Assembly: GCA_963696385.1 (NCBI GenBank)
Contig: CAVOKF010000006.1
Coordinates: forward strand, 96,001 to 160,000
Source: an uncultured delta proteobacterium
Lineage (GTDB): Bacteria > Myxococcota_A > Polyangia > Polyangiales > Polyangiaceae
Reading direction: 5' to 3'
DNA: 64,000 nucleotides
The notes beneath the pieces are model-generated. The model ran no database searches, was not told where the DNA came from, and saw nothing but the letters and a program-made list of their open reading frames with translations. Every line of letters starts with the position of its first letter. Position 1 is the first letter of the stretch. This document shows positions 1-9,981 of this stretch, piece by piece. Made by a program: the position numbers and the translations under genes.

Positions 1-165
1 CCGCTAGCGCACCGTGCAAAAACGGGATCGCCGCGCGATCCCCTTGCCGAGGCTTCGAGCGAAGGTTCGAAGGCGTCGCCGCCTGACCGGGGTGCGCGCG
101 CGAGCTCGGTCGGGGCGCTCGCGCCATCCGGCCGCGTCGGCGCTGCCGATGACCTGCTTCGCGAC

Positions 166-696
166 GTGCGGCCCAAGGCATCGACCGACTTGGCGCCGAC
201 GGCAGCGCCGGTCGCGGGCTCCGCACAGTCTCGGAGCGCCGCTCCCGGGGGACTGCTCGCGGCGTCTTCGGCGGCAGCGAGCCCCTCGCCCCCGGCTCGG
301 ATAGCCAACGTGCCGGGCGGCGAGAGCCCTCCGGCTGCTCGCGACGCCCTAGCGACACTCGAGGCCGCACCGGTTGCGGCCCGCTTGGTCGAAACACCCC
401 TCGCGCCGGCCGAACCGACGACAATCGAAGCCGAAACGCGACTCGTTCGCAGTGCATTGCAGGCCCGCCGTGCCGGCGATGGCGCCCGAGCGCTTCGGCT
501 GCTTGACGAATATGCACACGCGTATCCGAACGGTGTGCTCGCCGAGGAGGGCGCGGCCGAGCGCGTCTTCGCATTGTGTGATCTCGGCCGGATCCAAGAA
601 GCCCGAGCGGCATCCGCCGAATTCACGCGCACTCGGCCCCGCTCGATGCTGAGCGAGCGTGTGCGCGCTTCGTGCTCGGCCCGTGCGAACCCTTAA
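166..696 (+). CDS. Ala/Pro-rich protein with C-terminal TPR-like helical domain (probably 5'-incomplete)
   Basis: Low-complexity Ala/Pro linker followed by 'ALRLLDEYAHAYPNGVLAEE', a C-terminal motif common in myxobacterial membrane/anti-sigma-like proteins; true start unclear. Confidence 0.55.
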   Translation: MRPKASTDLAPTAAPVAGSAQSRSAAPGGLLAASSAAASPSPPARIANVPGGESPPAARDALATLEAAPVAARLVETPLAPAEPTTIEAETRLVRSALQARRAGDGARALRLLDEYAHAYPNGVLAEEGAAERVFALCDLGRIQEARAASAEFTRTRPRSMLSERVRASCSARANP

Positions 697-748
697 CGGA
701 TCGCGGAGGAGGGCGACACTCACGAGGCAACGCGAAGGAGGCCCACCG

Positions 749-1057
749 ATGCGCCATCAACGGACGATCGTTTCGATGTACTTGTCAGGAGTTGCAGCCG
801 TGGCAGCTGGCCAGGGATGCGGCGGTTCGGTTCTGATCGGCGTGGAGAACTCCAGTGCATCAAGCGCCGGAACTTCGGGCTTACCAAGCGAAGACGGCGG
901 TTCAGGCGCCAATGGCGTCAGCGCGAGCGCTTCCAGTTCGAACGCTTCCCGATGCACTACCTCCAGCCAATGCCTCATTCCGTGCCCACTTTCAGCGGCG
1001 CCGTATTGCCGTTCCGATGGCACCTGCATATGTGCCAGCACCGGCGGGTGCAACTGA
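749..1057 (+). CDS. small Cys-rich secreted/lipoprotein-like protein
   Basis: AAGGAGG RBS at 735-741, ATG 749, hydrophobic N-terminus with 'GCGG', Ser/Gly linker and Cys-rich C-terminus. Confidence 0.6.
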   Translation: MRHQRTIVSMYLSGVAAVAAGQGCGGSVLIGVENSSASSAGTSGLPSEDGGSGANGVSASASSSNASRCTTSSQCLIPCPLSAAPYCRSDGTCICASTGGCN

Positions 1058-1155
1058 CCGGTACGCCGTCGCGACTTTAGGCGAGTAGTTAGCCCAAAGC
1101 ACGTCGGTCGACGAAGAGCCGCGGAAGAGGGCGCGGAAACATATCGCGTCTTAGG

Positions 1156-3072
1156 CTGAAGTTCCTGAACCAAAATCGCCGAAGTTCGCGATCTTGCTGT
1201 GGAATCGGCAAAATTGACCCGAAATGTAGGCATGTACGACGATAGAAATAGCTTTCCATTATCGATTCGATGTGCATGATGCGGAGGCATGTACATCGCA
1301 ACCGTGCCGAACCGCGGCTCTCCACCGGCGATCCTGCTGCGCGAGTCGTATCGAGAGGGCGGACGGGTCAAGTCGCGCACGCTGGCGAACCTGTCGTCGT
1401 TGACGGAAAAGCAGGTGGAGGGGATGCGGCGAGCGCTCCGCGGGGAGCCCTTGTTTGGCCCGGACGGGCCGATCCGAAAGGTGCGCGACCAAAGCCACGG
1501 TGCGGTCGACGCCGTTCGGCAAGTCATTCGCAAGTTGGGGCTCGAGGTCCTCATCGACCGACAACCAAGCCGCCAGCGCGATCTGGTGATGGCCCTGTTG
1601 GTGGCGCGCATCACCGATGCCCAGAGCAAGCTCGCGACGACGAGGGCCTGGAAGACCACGACCCTGCCCGAAGACCTCGGGATCGCGGATGCGACCGAAG
1701 ATGACCTGTATGACGCCATGGATTGGCTCTTCGAGCGGCAGGACGCGATCGAGAAGAAGTTGGCGACGCGTCACCTGCGCCAGCAAGGGTTGGTGCTCTA
1801 CGATCTGTCATCGAGCTATTTTGAAGGACACCAATGTCCGCTTGCCAAGCTCGGATACAACCGCGATGGCAAGAAGGGCAAGCTGCAGGTCAACTATGGC
1901 CTTCTCACCGATGAACGGGGCTGTCCCATTGCGGTCCAGGTTTACGAGGGAAACGCATCCGATTCGACGACGCTCCTCGACCAGGTGGAGCGTGTTCGAT
2001 CCGACTTCGGGATTGACGGATTCGTGATTGTGGGTGACCGCGGGATGATCACGGAGAAACAGATTTCGTCGCTTCGCAAAACCGGTGGGATGACCTGGGT
2101 TACCGCGCTCAAGAGCGGTCGCATTCGATCCCTCGTGCACTCGGGCGTTCTGCAACTCGGACTCTTCGACGAACGCAATCTGTTTTCCGTGCGGGACCCA
2201 AAACTTGCCGGTGAGCGGTTGATCGCATGCAAGAACCACGATCTCGCACGATTGCGCGCACACAAGCGCCAGAGCCTTGTCGACGCGACACGCAAAGAAC
2301 TCGACGCGGTGCAGAGAATTGTGGCTCGCGGAAAGCTGGTGGGCAAAGCAGCGATCGGGCTACGGATCGGAAAAGTGATCAACAAGCATAAGGTGGCCAA
2401 GCACTTCTTACTCGACATCCATGATTCCACATTCGAGTATCGCCTCCGCGAGGATCGCATCGCAGAGGAGGCAGCACTCGACGGCGTATACGTGATTCGT
2501 ACGTCCTTGAGCCAAGAGTCGACCAGCGACGAACAGGCCGTTCGCCATTACAAGAAGCTCGCGAATGTCGAACGCGCATTCCGATCCATCAAGACGATCG
2601 ACTTGAAGGTGCGCCCCATTCACCACCACTTGGAAAACCGAGTCCGAGCGCACATCTTCCTGTGCACGCTCGCTTTCTACGTGGAGTGGCACATGCGCGA
2701 AGCGTGGCGACCGGTCCTCTTCTCGGACGAGGACCAGGCTGCCAAGAACACGAGAGACCCGGTCGCGCCGGCCACCCGGTCGCCCGGTGCACTCGATAAG
2801 GTCGCCACCAAGCGAAGCGAGGACGGGGCGCCCGTCCACAGCTTCCGTACCCTGCTCGCCGATCTCGCCACGATCACGCGAAGCACCTTCGCGCCCGTCG
2901 GAGCCGACAACGAAGGCCAGACTTTCACTATGCTGACCGTCCCGTCACCCGAGCAAGCGAGAGCCCTCCAGCTACTCGAAGCCATCGCCGTGTAGGCAGT
3001 AACTCAGGCCACGATTTCGACGAATCCAGGGAAAATACGCCGAATTGTGTCCCGGCGGGCGGGGAACTTCAG
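1156..3072 (+). mobile_element. IS1634-family insertion sequence
   Basis: Terminal IR CTGAAGTTCC / GGAACTTCAG, flanking direct repeat CTTAGG (1150-1155, 3073-3078), single transposase ORF. Confidence 0.9.
1289..2995 (+). CDS. IS1634-family DDE transposase
   Basis: Motifs 'LLRESYREGGRVKSRTLANLS', 'LYDLSSSYFEG', 'VGDRGM', 'YKKLANVERAFRSIK', 'RVRAHIFLC'. Confidence 0.92.
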   Translation: MYIATVPNRGSPPAILLRESYREGGRVKSRTLANLSSLTEKQVEGMRRALRGEPLFGPDGPIRKVRDQSHGAVDAVRQVIRKLGLEVLIDRQPSRQRDLVMALLVARITDAQSKLATTRAWKTTTLPEDLGIADATEDDLYDAMDWLFERQDAIEKKLATRHLRQQGLVLYDLSSSYFEGHQCPLAKLGYNRDGKKGKLQVNYGLLTDERGCPIAVQVYEGNASDSTTLLDQVERVRSDFGIDGFVIVGDRGMITEKQISSLRKTGGMTWVTALKSGRIRSLVHSGVLQLGLFDERNLFSVRDPKLAGERLIACKNHDLARLRAHKRQSLVDATRKELDAVQRIVARGKLVGKAAIGLRIGKVINKHKVAKHFLLDIHDSTFEYRLREDRIAEEAALDGVYVIRTSLSQESTSDEQAVRHYKKLANVERAFRSIKTIDLKVRPIHHHLENRVRAHIFLCTLAFYVEWHMREAWRPVLFSDEDQAAKNTRDPVAPATRSPGALDKVATKRSEDGAPVHSFRTLLADLATITRSTFAPVGADNEGQTFTMLTVPSPEQARALQLLEAIAV

Positions 3073-3182
3073 CTTAGGGGCTTCCGTTGTCACCGAGCGG
3101 CGAAAGATTGGATGGGGCGGCGGACGCGGGCGGGGACTGAACGAAGCGCGGGGCTACGACGGTACGAACGCGGAGGGTGCCC

Positions 3183-3272
3183 ATGGAAGCGATCTCACGG
3201 ACGATCCAGGTGGACGGTGCCGACATCTACGTCGCGGAGCGTGGGACCGGTGAGCCGCTCCTCCTGCATCAC
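3183..3272 (+). pseudogene. N-terminal fragment of an alpha/beta hydrolase
   Basis: 'IQVDGADIYVAERGTGEPLLLHH' matches the typical hydrolase N-terminus; similarity is lost after ~30 aa. Confidence 0.55.
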
Positions 3273-3614
3273 CGAACACCGCGACGACACGCGCAAGGAA
3301 GCGATCGAACACCAAGAGCTTCTTCTCGGGTCGCTTCGGGTCGGAGCTCAAATCGATTCGCCGTTCAGCGACGCTGGCCATACGGGACTGGCGCACCGTT
3401 ACCGGTCAGCGAAGACGCCGTCCGAACCCCTGCTTTCCCGACCCCGACCCCGACCCGCCAGTACGCCCGTAGCCGGACGCAATTCCTGCGGACGTCGGCA
3501 GATCGTTCGCGGAGTGCGGGCTCTGCGGAAAGCCGACCGCCACGAACGGCTCGCCCGATCGGGTCCCTCTCGTCTGCTCTCGCAGGCCCGACTCGTGCTT
3601 CGTTGCAGATCGAC

Positions 3615-4181
3615 ATGGCGCCGGGGCAGACGCGCACTCGCAAGGATCCGGCAGAGCGCGGCCACCTGCGTCTCTTCTACCGGGATTGGCGCCCTACGCG
3701 CCTCGGGCGGATCGTGAACGGAGCCTGGGCCTGGCTCTCCGGGATGGGCCTGACGTCGCAAATCTTGCTCGCACTGCAGGTGAGGGGCCGCAACACCGGT
3801 CTCGTTCGTACGACGGTACTCGTGCCTGTCGACTGCGATGGCCGGCGCTATCTCGTGTCGATGCTCGGCGAGGCTTCGGAGTGGGTGCGGAACGTCCGCG
3901 CCGCGGACGGAGAGGCCTTCATCAAGCGAGGCGCTCGCCGGCCGGTGCGACTCACCGAAGTGCCTCCTGGAGAGCGAGGTCCCATCCTCAAGGCCTACTG
4001 CCGCGTGGCTACCAGTGGGCGCCACCATTTCCCCGTTCCCGAGGACGCACCCCTCTCTGCGTTCGAGGAAATTGCCTCCGAGTATCCGGTCTTCCGCATC
4101 GACCCCGGATCGACCGTGACCCCAACTACCCAATCCCGACCCCGTGAACGCCGGCTGCCCCGCTTCCTGGCGGACCCGTGA
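3615..4181 (+). CDS. nitroreductase / deazaflavin-dependent oxidoreductase family protein
   Basis: 'LQVRGRNTGLVRTT', 'YLVSMLGEASEWVRNVRAA', 'YPVFRI' are typical split-barrel Ddn-like motifs. Confidence 0.75.
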   Translation: MAPGQTRTRKDPAERGHLRLFYRDWRPTRLGRIVNGAWAWLSGMGLTSQILLALQVRGRNTGLVRTTVLVPVDCDGRRYLVSMLGEASEWVRNVRAADGEAFIKRGARRPVRLTEVPPGERGPILKAYCRVATSGRHHFPVPEDAPLSAFEEIASEYPVFRIDPGSTVTPTTQSRPRERRLPRFLADP

Positions 4182-4344
4182 CTTCAAAGACGCTGCAGGT
4201 TCCGCGCAACCCGAAGAGGTCCTCCGGACAGGCACAGCCATCGAACGTCGAGCCACCGCCTTCCGACTCGGGGCTTGGTCGCCTTCCGGTGCCGGACGGC
4301 ACGACCCCGACCCCGACCCCCGACCCTTTTTTCCCGATCCGCCG

Positions 4345-4716
4345 CTACGGCCCCATGCCCGGGTCGAAGATCGGGCGCAACTCGGACTCGCCCTCGAACT
4401 CCGGCCAGTGCTTCCGGTGGAGCTCCATGAACTCGGTCGCGACGCGGATCGCTTCGGCTTTCGAGTCCGTCTGGAGGATCGCCCAGCCGCCGATGACCTC
4501 CTTCATCTCGGTAAACGGGCCGTCGGTCACGGTGAGCTTGCCGCCGGCGAGGCGGATGCGAACGCCCTCCTTGCTCGGGAGGAGCCCGCCCGTCTCGACG
4601 AGCGTTCCGTCCTTCAGGGACTTCTGGACGAACTGGCCCATCGCCTCCATGAGCGCGCGTGGCGGCCCGGCCTTTCGATACGACTCCGCGTGGCGAATGA
4701 ACGTCAGGTATTTCAC
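4345..4716 (-). CDS. YciI/DGPF-family protein
   Basis: 'VTDGPFTEMKEVIGGW' DGPF signature. Confidence 0.9.
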   Translation of the reverse strand: MKYLTFIRHAESYRKAGPPRALMEAMGQFVQKSLKDGTLVETGGLLPSKEGVRIRLAGGKLTVTDGPFTEMKEVIGGWAILQTDSKAEAIRVATEFMELHRKHWPEFEGESELRPIFDPGMGP

Positions 4717-4729
4717 GGTTTCTCTCCTT

Positions 4730-5224
4730 TCAGTTGCCTCTGTAGGCGCGATCGAGCGTCGCGATGTCCAGCTTGACCATCTTGAGCATGGCGTCGGTGA
4801 CCCTCTTCGTGCGGGTCACATCGCGGTCGCGCATCATCTCTTCGAAGACCGCCGGGACGATCTGCCACCGGACGCCGAAGCGATCGATGAGCCACCCGCA
4901 CGCCTGCGCCTTGCCCCCCGCCTCTAGGAGCCCGTTCCAGTAGCGATCGAGCTCCGCCTGATCGTCGCAGCACACGACGAGCGACATGGCGTCGTTGAAG
5001 TCGTGGTGCGGACCCGCGCTTATGGCCCGCAGCCGCTGTCCGAAGAGGGTGAAGTCCACGACCTTCACCGAGCCGGCCGGTCCGCTCGGCGAGTCGCTCG
5101 GCAGCGCGGTCACGTGGTCGATCCGCGAATCTGGGAAGAGGGACGTGTAGAGCTTGGCCGCCTCCTCGGCCTCTTTCGCGTACCAGAGATGCGTCAGAAT
5201 CTTCGTGCGTCGTGCTTCTGTCAT
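4730..5224 (-). CDS. VOC/PhnB-like (3-demethylubiquinone-9 methyltransferase-like) protein
   Basis: 'AEEAAKLYTSLFPDS', 'DQAELDRYWNGL', 'CGWLIDRFGVRWQIVP'. Confidence 0.88.
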   Translation of the reverse strand: MTEARRTKILTHLWYAKEAEEAAKLYTSLFPDSRIDHVTALPSDSPSGPAGSVKVVDFTLFGQRLRAISAGPHHDFNDAMSLVVCCDDQAELDRYWNGLLEAGGKAQACGWLIDRFGVRWQIVPAVFEEMMRDRDVTRTKRVTDAMLKMVKLDIATLDRAYRGN

Positions 5225-5310
5225 GACCGGCCTCCTCTCAGGCATCTTCGATCCAAGGACGAACGTGCGGGCACCGAGCCGACACGCCGGCAACGTTTTT
5301 CTCGCAGACC

Positions 5311-6210
5311 CTACCCGGCCTCCTTCCTTCGCGTCAGCCGGTCGATTTGCAGCCGAATGTGCGCCGCTTCCGCCGGGGACTTGGCGAGGGCGAGCGCGCG
5401 ATCGAACGCCTCGCGCGCCTCGTCGCGTCGGCCGAGGTCCACAAGCAGAGCGCCGCGGACGCCGAAGAAGTAGAAGTACCCGGACAGGTCCTTTGCCAGC
5501 GCGTCGAGCATCGCCAGCGCCGCGGCCGGACCGCGCAGCTTGGCCACCGCGACGGCGCGGTTGAGCGAGACCACCGGCGACGGCTGGAGGCGCTCGAGCA
5601 CGGCGTAGAGCTGTTCGATCTCCGCCCAGTCCGTGTCTTCGAAGCAGGGCGCGCGCGCATGGATCGCGGCCACGGCGGCCTGCACCTGGTACGGCCCTGG
5701 GCGGGCGTGGCGGAGTGCCTTGTCGAGCAGCGCGAGGGCCTCCGCGATGCGGTCGCGGTCCCACAGGCCACGGTCCTGATCTTCGAGGAGAACGAACGCA
5801 CCCTGCGCGTCGAGCCGCGCCTTCGATCGCGAGTGCTGAAGGAGCATGAGCGCGTTGAGCCCGAGCATCTCGGGCTCTCCCGGAAACAGTCGGAGGAGGA
5901 GCCGGGCTAGACGGATGGCTTCGTCGCACAGCGGGACGCGCACGTGGGCGCCGCCGCCCGTCGCCGAGTACCCCTCGTTGAAGAGGAGGTAGAGGACGGC
6001 CGCCACGGCCGCCAACCGCTCTGCGCGCTCCGGCGCGCCCGGCGTCTCGAAGGGGATGTCCTCCGCGGCAACGCGGTTCTTGGCCCTTGTGATCGGCTGC
6101 TCCATCGCGACGTCGGTCACCAGGAACGCGCGGGCGATCTCCGGGACGGTGAGGCCGCAGACGATCCGCAACGCGAGAGCGATCTGCTGGGTGGCGAGAG
6201 GGCGAGAATG
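5311..6210 (-). pseudogene. 5'-truncated ECF sigma factor with C-terminal TPR extension (ECF42-like)
   Basis: 'ALALRIVCGLTVPEIARAFLV', 'YLLFNEGY', 'GPYQVQAAVAAIHA' plus neighbouring DGPF gene; region-2 half is absent. Confidence 0.8.
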
Positions 6211-6379
6211 TGCGCCGTACTCGGGCTCGAACCGTGGCTTCTTGCGCGGTTCGATATGTTGTTTCGGCAAACCGAAGCAAACGCTGAAGACGAGAGACGA
6301 GTCGCGCGCGCCTGTCGAGCCGAGCGTCGCCGGTCCTTGCGCTTGATCTCGACTCACGGCACATTGGTCAGCAAGGGAA

Positions 6380-7694
6380 ATGTTCCAAAGGCGGGTGCGG
6401 GTGATCACGGCCGCGATCTGGGTCGTTGCCGCCTTGGATGAATGCGGAGGACGAGTCGAGCCGAATGGCGGCACGTCGGCGTCGGAGTTGGAAGGCGGCG
6501 TGCTCGGCCAGAGCGTGGCAGTCAGCTCGACCCAAAGCAGTTCGGGCGCCACCGAGGCCGGTTCAAGCGGTTCCTCGGTCACGATCGTTTCAGGCGTAAA
6601 CGAAGCCAGTTCAAGCGCTTCCAGTTCGAGCGCTCTCAGTTCGGGTCCGTCGACTTCGAGTCGTTCCTCCGGTCCAGCAATCATCCCACCCAGCTGCCAG
6701 GTGGGCGGGCCGGGAATGACCGATTGCGGACCCGGGGGAAGCGGCAGCGAGAGCTGCTGCATGAGCTTGGAGGTTACGGGCGGGACCTATTACCGAACCT
6801 ACGATGAACCGATCGTGTTCGGCACGCCCGACGGCGGTCCGACCCTCGCCGCCGACGGAGGTCCCGCCGGGTTGGCCGACCCGGCGACGGTGAGTGGACT
6901 GCGCCTGGACAAGTATCTCGTGACGGTGGGACGGTTCCGGCAATATGTTAGCTATTTTAACGGGCCCTACGGGGGCGCCACCCGCGAACGGCAGCGGCAT
7001 CCATACGCACTTGAGTGGGGGCCTTGGACTGGCCAACAGCGCAAGCTCGGCGACGTACGAGACGGGCTGGGACGCGGCGGACTGGAACACGCAAATCGGA
7101 GCGGGGGCCCGCGCGGCGGGCACATGGAACACGAACCTGGCGTGTGGGGCGCCGGTCTTCCTGTCCAACGACACGTGGACGAGCACGGCGGGCGGTCAGG
7201 AGAACCTTCCGATCAACTGCGTGACTTGGTATGAGGCGTACGCGTTCTGTATTTGGGACGGGGGCTTTTTGCCGAGCGAAGCGGAGTGGGAGTACGTGGC
7301 GGCGGCGGGAAGCCAGCAGCGTGAGTATCCGTGGGGCTCGACGGATCCGGGGACTGCGAACCAATATGCGATTTACCAAGACTATTATACGGCCAATCTC
7401 ACCCACATCGCACCGGCGGGAACGGCGACACTGGGAGCGGGTTACTGGGGTCAACTGGATATGGCGGGGGAAGTCTGGGAATGGGCCTTGGATTGGTACA
7501 TGCCCTACGTGAATCCGTGCACAGATTGCGCCTTTGTTCCTACATCCTCCGTACCAGGAAACCCGAACCGGGTGATCCGGGGCTGCTCCTGGGGGAACGG
7601 TCCGGCAGGCCTCCTGCTGCCCCCTTGGCGCGACCAGATCGACCCGGCGACGCGCAGCGTTTCCACGGGGTTCCGGTGCGCGAGGACGCCCTGA
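6380..7694 (+). pseudogene. secreted FGE-sulfatase (SUMF1-like) domain protein, frameshifted
   Basis: N-part (6380 frame: 'CCMSLEVTGGTYYR', 'LDKYLVTVGRFR') continues in the 6945 frame ('LPINCVTWYEAYAFC', 'LPSEAEWE', 'DMAGEVWEW', 'GFRCAR'); shift near 6953-6960. Confidence 0.85.
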
Positions 7695-7722
7695 ACGCAA
7701 TCCGCAACTGCCGTGCGGCGAA

Positions 7723-7791
7723 GCCGTGCTCGGCGACCTCGACGAGTCGGGCAATCTGCGGGTGGGCAGCGCGCTCACGGCGAAGTACTGA
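7723..7791 (+). pseudogene. orphan 3' end of an SRPBCC-domain gene paralogous to 48178-48646
   Basis: Near-identical to the reverse complement of ~48178-48247; encodes ...DLDESGNLRVGSALTAKY*. Confidence 0.7.
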
Positions 7792-8066
7792 CGTTCGGAT
7801 CGCGGTTGCGCGCGAGCTCTTCGACCGCATCCGGTTGGACGCGGGCTTGCCTTAGCCATCGTATGTCGGGTCCCACGCGTCGCGCCCGTCTGTTACCGTG
7901 GACAACATCGAGCATCTTGGGAGGAAAGGTCGAACGATGATCCGGACAGACACGATGGCCCGCGCGAATTGTGGGATCGCCGCGCTCCCCGCAAGAAGCG
8001 TTGCGCGCGTTTCTTCGTTGAGAACGATCATCGGCTCGGCATCGGCGCATACCGTGCCGATCGACT

Positions 8067-9206
8067 TTACGGGCTGAGGGGCATAGCGGCCGGCAAGACG
8101 CACGTGTTGCCCACGCAGGAAGGCGCTATTTCGAGAGGGCAAGCGCACTCGCCAAATGCGATTCCGCTCGTGGCCTCTTCGTAGCGAGCCTGCTCGGCGG
8201 CATTCACGGGAGAACCGCCGCAGGCGCACTCCGAGCTGCAAACCTGTCCCGTAAGGATGACGATGCAGTCGGTCGCGACGACACACGATTGATCGTAGGT
8301 CGACAGATCGATGTCGACGCACAGGCCCCCGTCTGCCGCAGGAGGCGTGGTGGCCGCGTCGGCGCAGCCCGCAGGCTGAGTGCTTCCGGCCGCGCAAAGC
8401 GTGCACTGACCGGCCAGGCAGCGGGCTTCTCCCTGGAAGGCGCACGGGCAGCTCTCCAACTTCAAGGGCGCCGTATCGGACGCGAAGCGCGCGGCCGCGC
8501 CCGCGTTGACGGGCGTATCGCCGCATGAGCACTGGCCTATGCAGACTGCGCCCGAGCGGACGAGCTCACAATCTTGATCGCTGCCGCAGGTGAGGTCCGA
8601 TGGGGCCGGTTCGAAGTCGATGCACTGCGATCCCCCGTCGGTCGTCCCCGCGTCGACGCCCGAATCGGCGGTTTTGACTCCCGAGTCCCTGTCGCCTGCT
8701 TCCTCGACGCTGCCGTCCACGACGCCGCCGTCGGCTCCACCCTCCTTGGCCAATGGGGTGCCGGAGTCGGAGCAACCCGACGGCTGATTCGTGATGTCCA
8801 GCCCGCAAAGCGTGCACTGACCGGCTAGACAACGCGGTTCTCCGTCGAAGGCGCAAGGGCAGCTCTCCAAGTTCAAGGTCGCCGTATCGGACACGAAGCG
8901 CGCGGCCGCGCCCGCGTTGACGGGCGTATCGCCGCAGGCGCATCCGCCCTGGCAGACCTGCCCCGTGCGCACGACCGTGCAATCCTGGTCTTGCTCACAA
9001 ACCAAGTCGGCCGCGGTGGCTTCGAAATCAACGCATGCGGCACCGCTGTCGGTCGTGCCGGCCTCGGCGCCCGAATCGGCGGTTTGGGGTCCCGAGTCCT
9101 TGCCGGAGGGCGCTGCTGCGCTGAAAGCGTTGCCCCCACATCCGGCGCCAAGCCACGTCACGAAAAGGATGCGAGCGATGCGGTGAAGAGTGGCGGAGAG
9201 GGGCAT
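8067..9206 (-). CDS. Cys-rich repeat secreted lipoprotein
   Basis: Signal with 'AGCGG', internal duplication ('CGDTPVNAGAAARF..DTA.L.LESCPCAF.GE.RCLAGQCTLC' twice) plus a third degenerate unit. Confidence 0.8.
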   Translation of the reverse strand: MPLSATLHRIARILFVTWLGAGCGGNAFSAAAPSGKDSGPQTADSGAEAGTTDSGAACVDFEATAADLVCEQDQDCTVVRTGQVCQGGCACGDTPVNAGAAARFVSDTATLNLESCPCAFDGEPRCLAGQCTLCGLDITNQPSGCSDSGTPLAKEGGADGGVVDGSVEEAGDRDSGVKTADSGVDAGTTDGGSQCIDFEPAPSDLTCGSDQDCELVRSGAVCIGQCSCGDTPVNAGAAARFASDTAPLKLESCPCAFQGEARCLAGQCTLCAAGSTQPAGCADAATTPPAADGGLCVDIDLSTYDQSCVVATDCIVILTGQVCSSECACGGSPVNAAEQARYEEATSGIAFGECACPLEIAPSCVGNTCVLPAAMPLSP

Positions 9207-9441
9207 TGCCCGTGAACGGCAGCAAGATCAGCGCCACAACCTAGAGCGTCGGGAAAGAGCCTTTGAATCGTGGGTTCCCCGGCCGATGGCACAGTCGAAG
9301 TGGCGCAACATGGGCGCAACTGTCGCGGGGCTCGCCCCGTTGTTCCGTTCCGCGCGTCGTGTCGAGTGCGACGGTTTCCCACTCGCGTCGAGCGCTGTCC
9401 AAGCGGGAGCCGAGGTGATCACCCTTGCGCGCCGGGAACTT

Positions 9442-9680
9442 TTACCGTCGAAAGCGCCCGGGGGAAAAATGCCCTCGTCGACCCTCGTGAGCCCAAGCAG
9501 CAGCCGCCCAATGCCTGCCGGGCCGCTCGAGCTCCCAGCGCCCTCCGTACCACACGCGACCGCGCGGTCCCCATGCCCAGTAGCCGGGGATCCAAAAGTG
9601 ATTCGGGGACGGGCGAAGAGGGGCGACTTCCAGCCGGCGAGGGCCCCGGGGCCAGTAAGCGCCCGGGGCTACTCGACAAG
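9442..9680 (-). pseudogene. WXXGXW-repeat protein, 5'-truncated at the repeat
   Basis: 'FWIPGYWAW', 'VWYGGRW' repeats; the N-terminus runs into repeat copy 2. Confidence 0.65.
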
Positions 9681-9682
9681 TG

Positions 9683-9767
9683 CGTCGGTCGACGAAAAGC
9701 CGCGGAAGCGGGCGCGGAAACATATCGCGTCTTAGGGGCTTCCGTTGTCACCGAGCGGCGAAAGATT
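9683..9767 (+). repeat. oriIS-like repeat, copy 2 (outer ~20 nt missing or replaced; IS110 inserted at inner end)
   Basis: CGTCGGTCGACGAAAAGCCGCGG...GAGCGGCGAAAGATT directly abuts the IS110 left end. Confidence 0.88.
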
Positions 9768-9981
9768 AGATGAACCGGTGGCGGCGCGTCCTGGACCGCC
9801 CGGCACGCCGCCCGGCACGGGTGCCGCAGCCTCGAGATCGATCGCGGGGCGTCTCGAGAGCAGCCCCCGTGCCGGTCGTCGGTCATCGAAAATAGCGACC
9901 GACCTCCCGCTGGATTATCCATCCGACACCCCCGCGTGCTCAAAGGCACAAAGCGAAGTGGGGGCCGAAGGGAGATCGATC

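Larger units (their letters stand above)
1082..3110 (+). repeat. ~110-bp oriIS-like repeat, copy 1 (halves 1082-1155 and 3073-3110, split by IS1634)
   Basis: Joining the halves restores CGAGTAG...ACATATCGCGTCTTAGGGGCTTCCGTTGTCACCGAGCGGCGAAAGATTG, near-identical to 33112-33220. Confidence 0.9.

Noticed and set aside
9745..9981. N-terminal extension of the IS110 recombinase in the ORF track
   Set aside because: It starts outside the element, inside the repeat; ATG 9982 with a GGGAG RBS and the 'IGLDLG' motif fits the family
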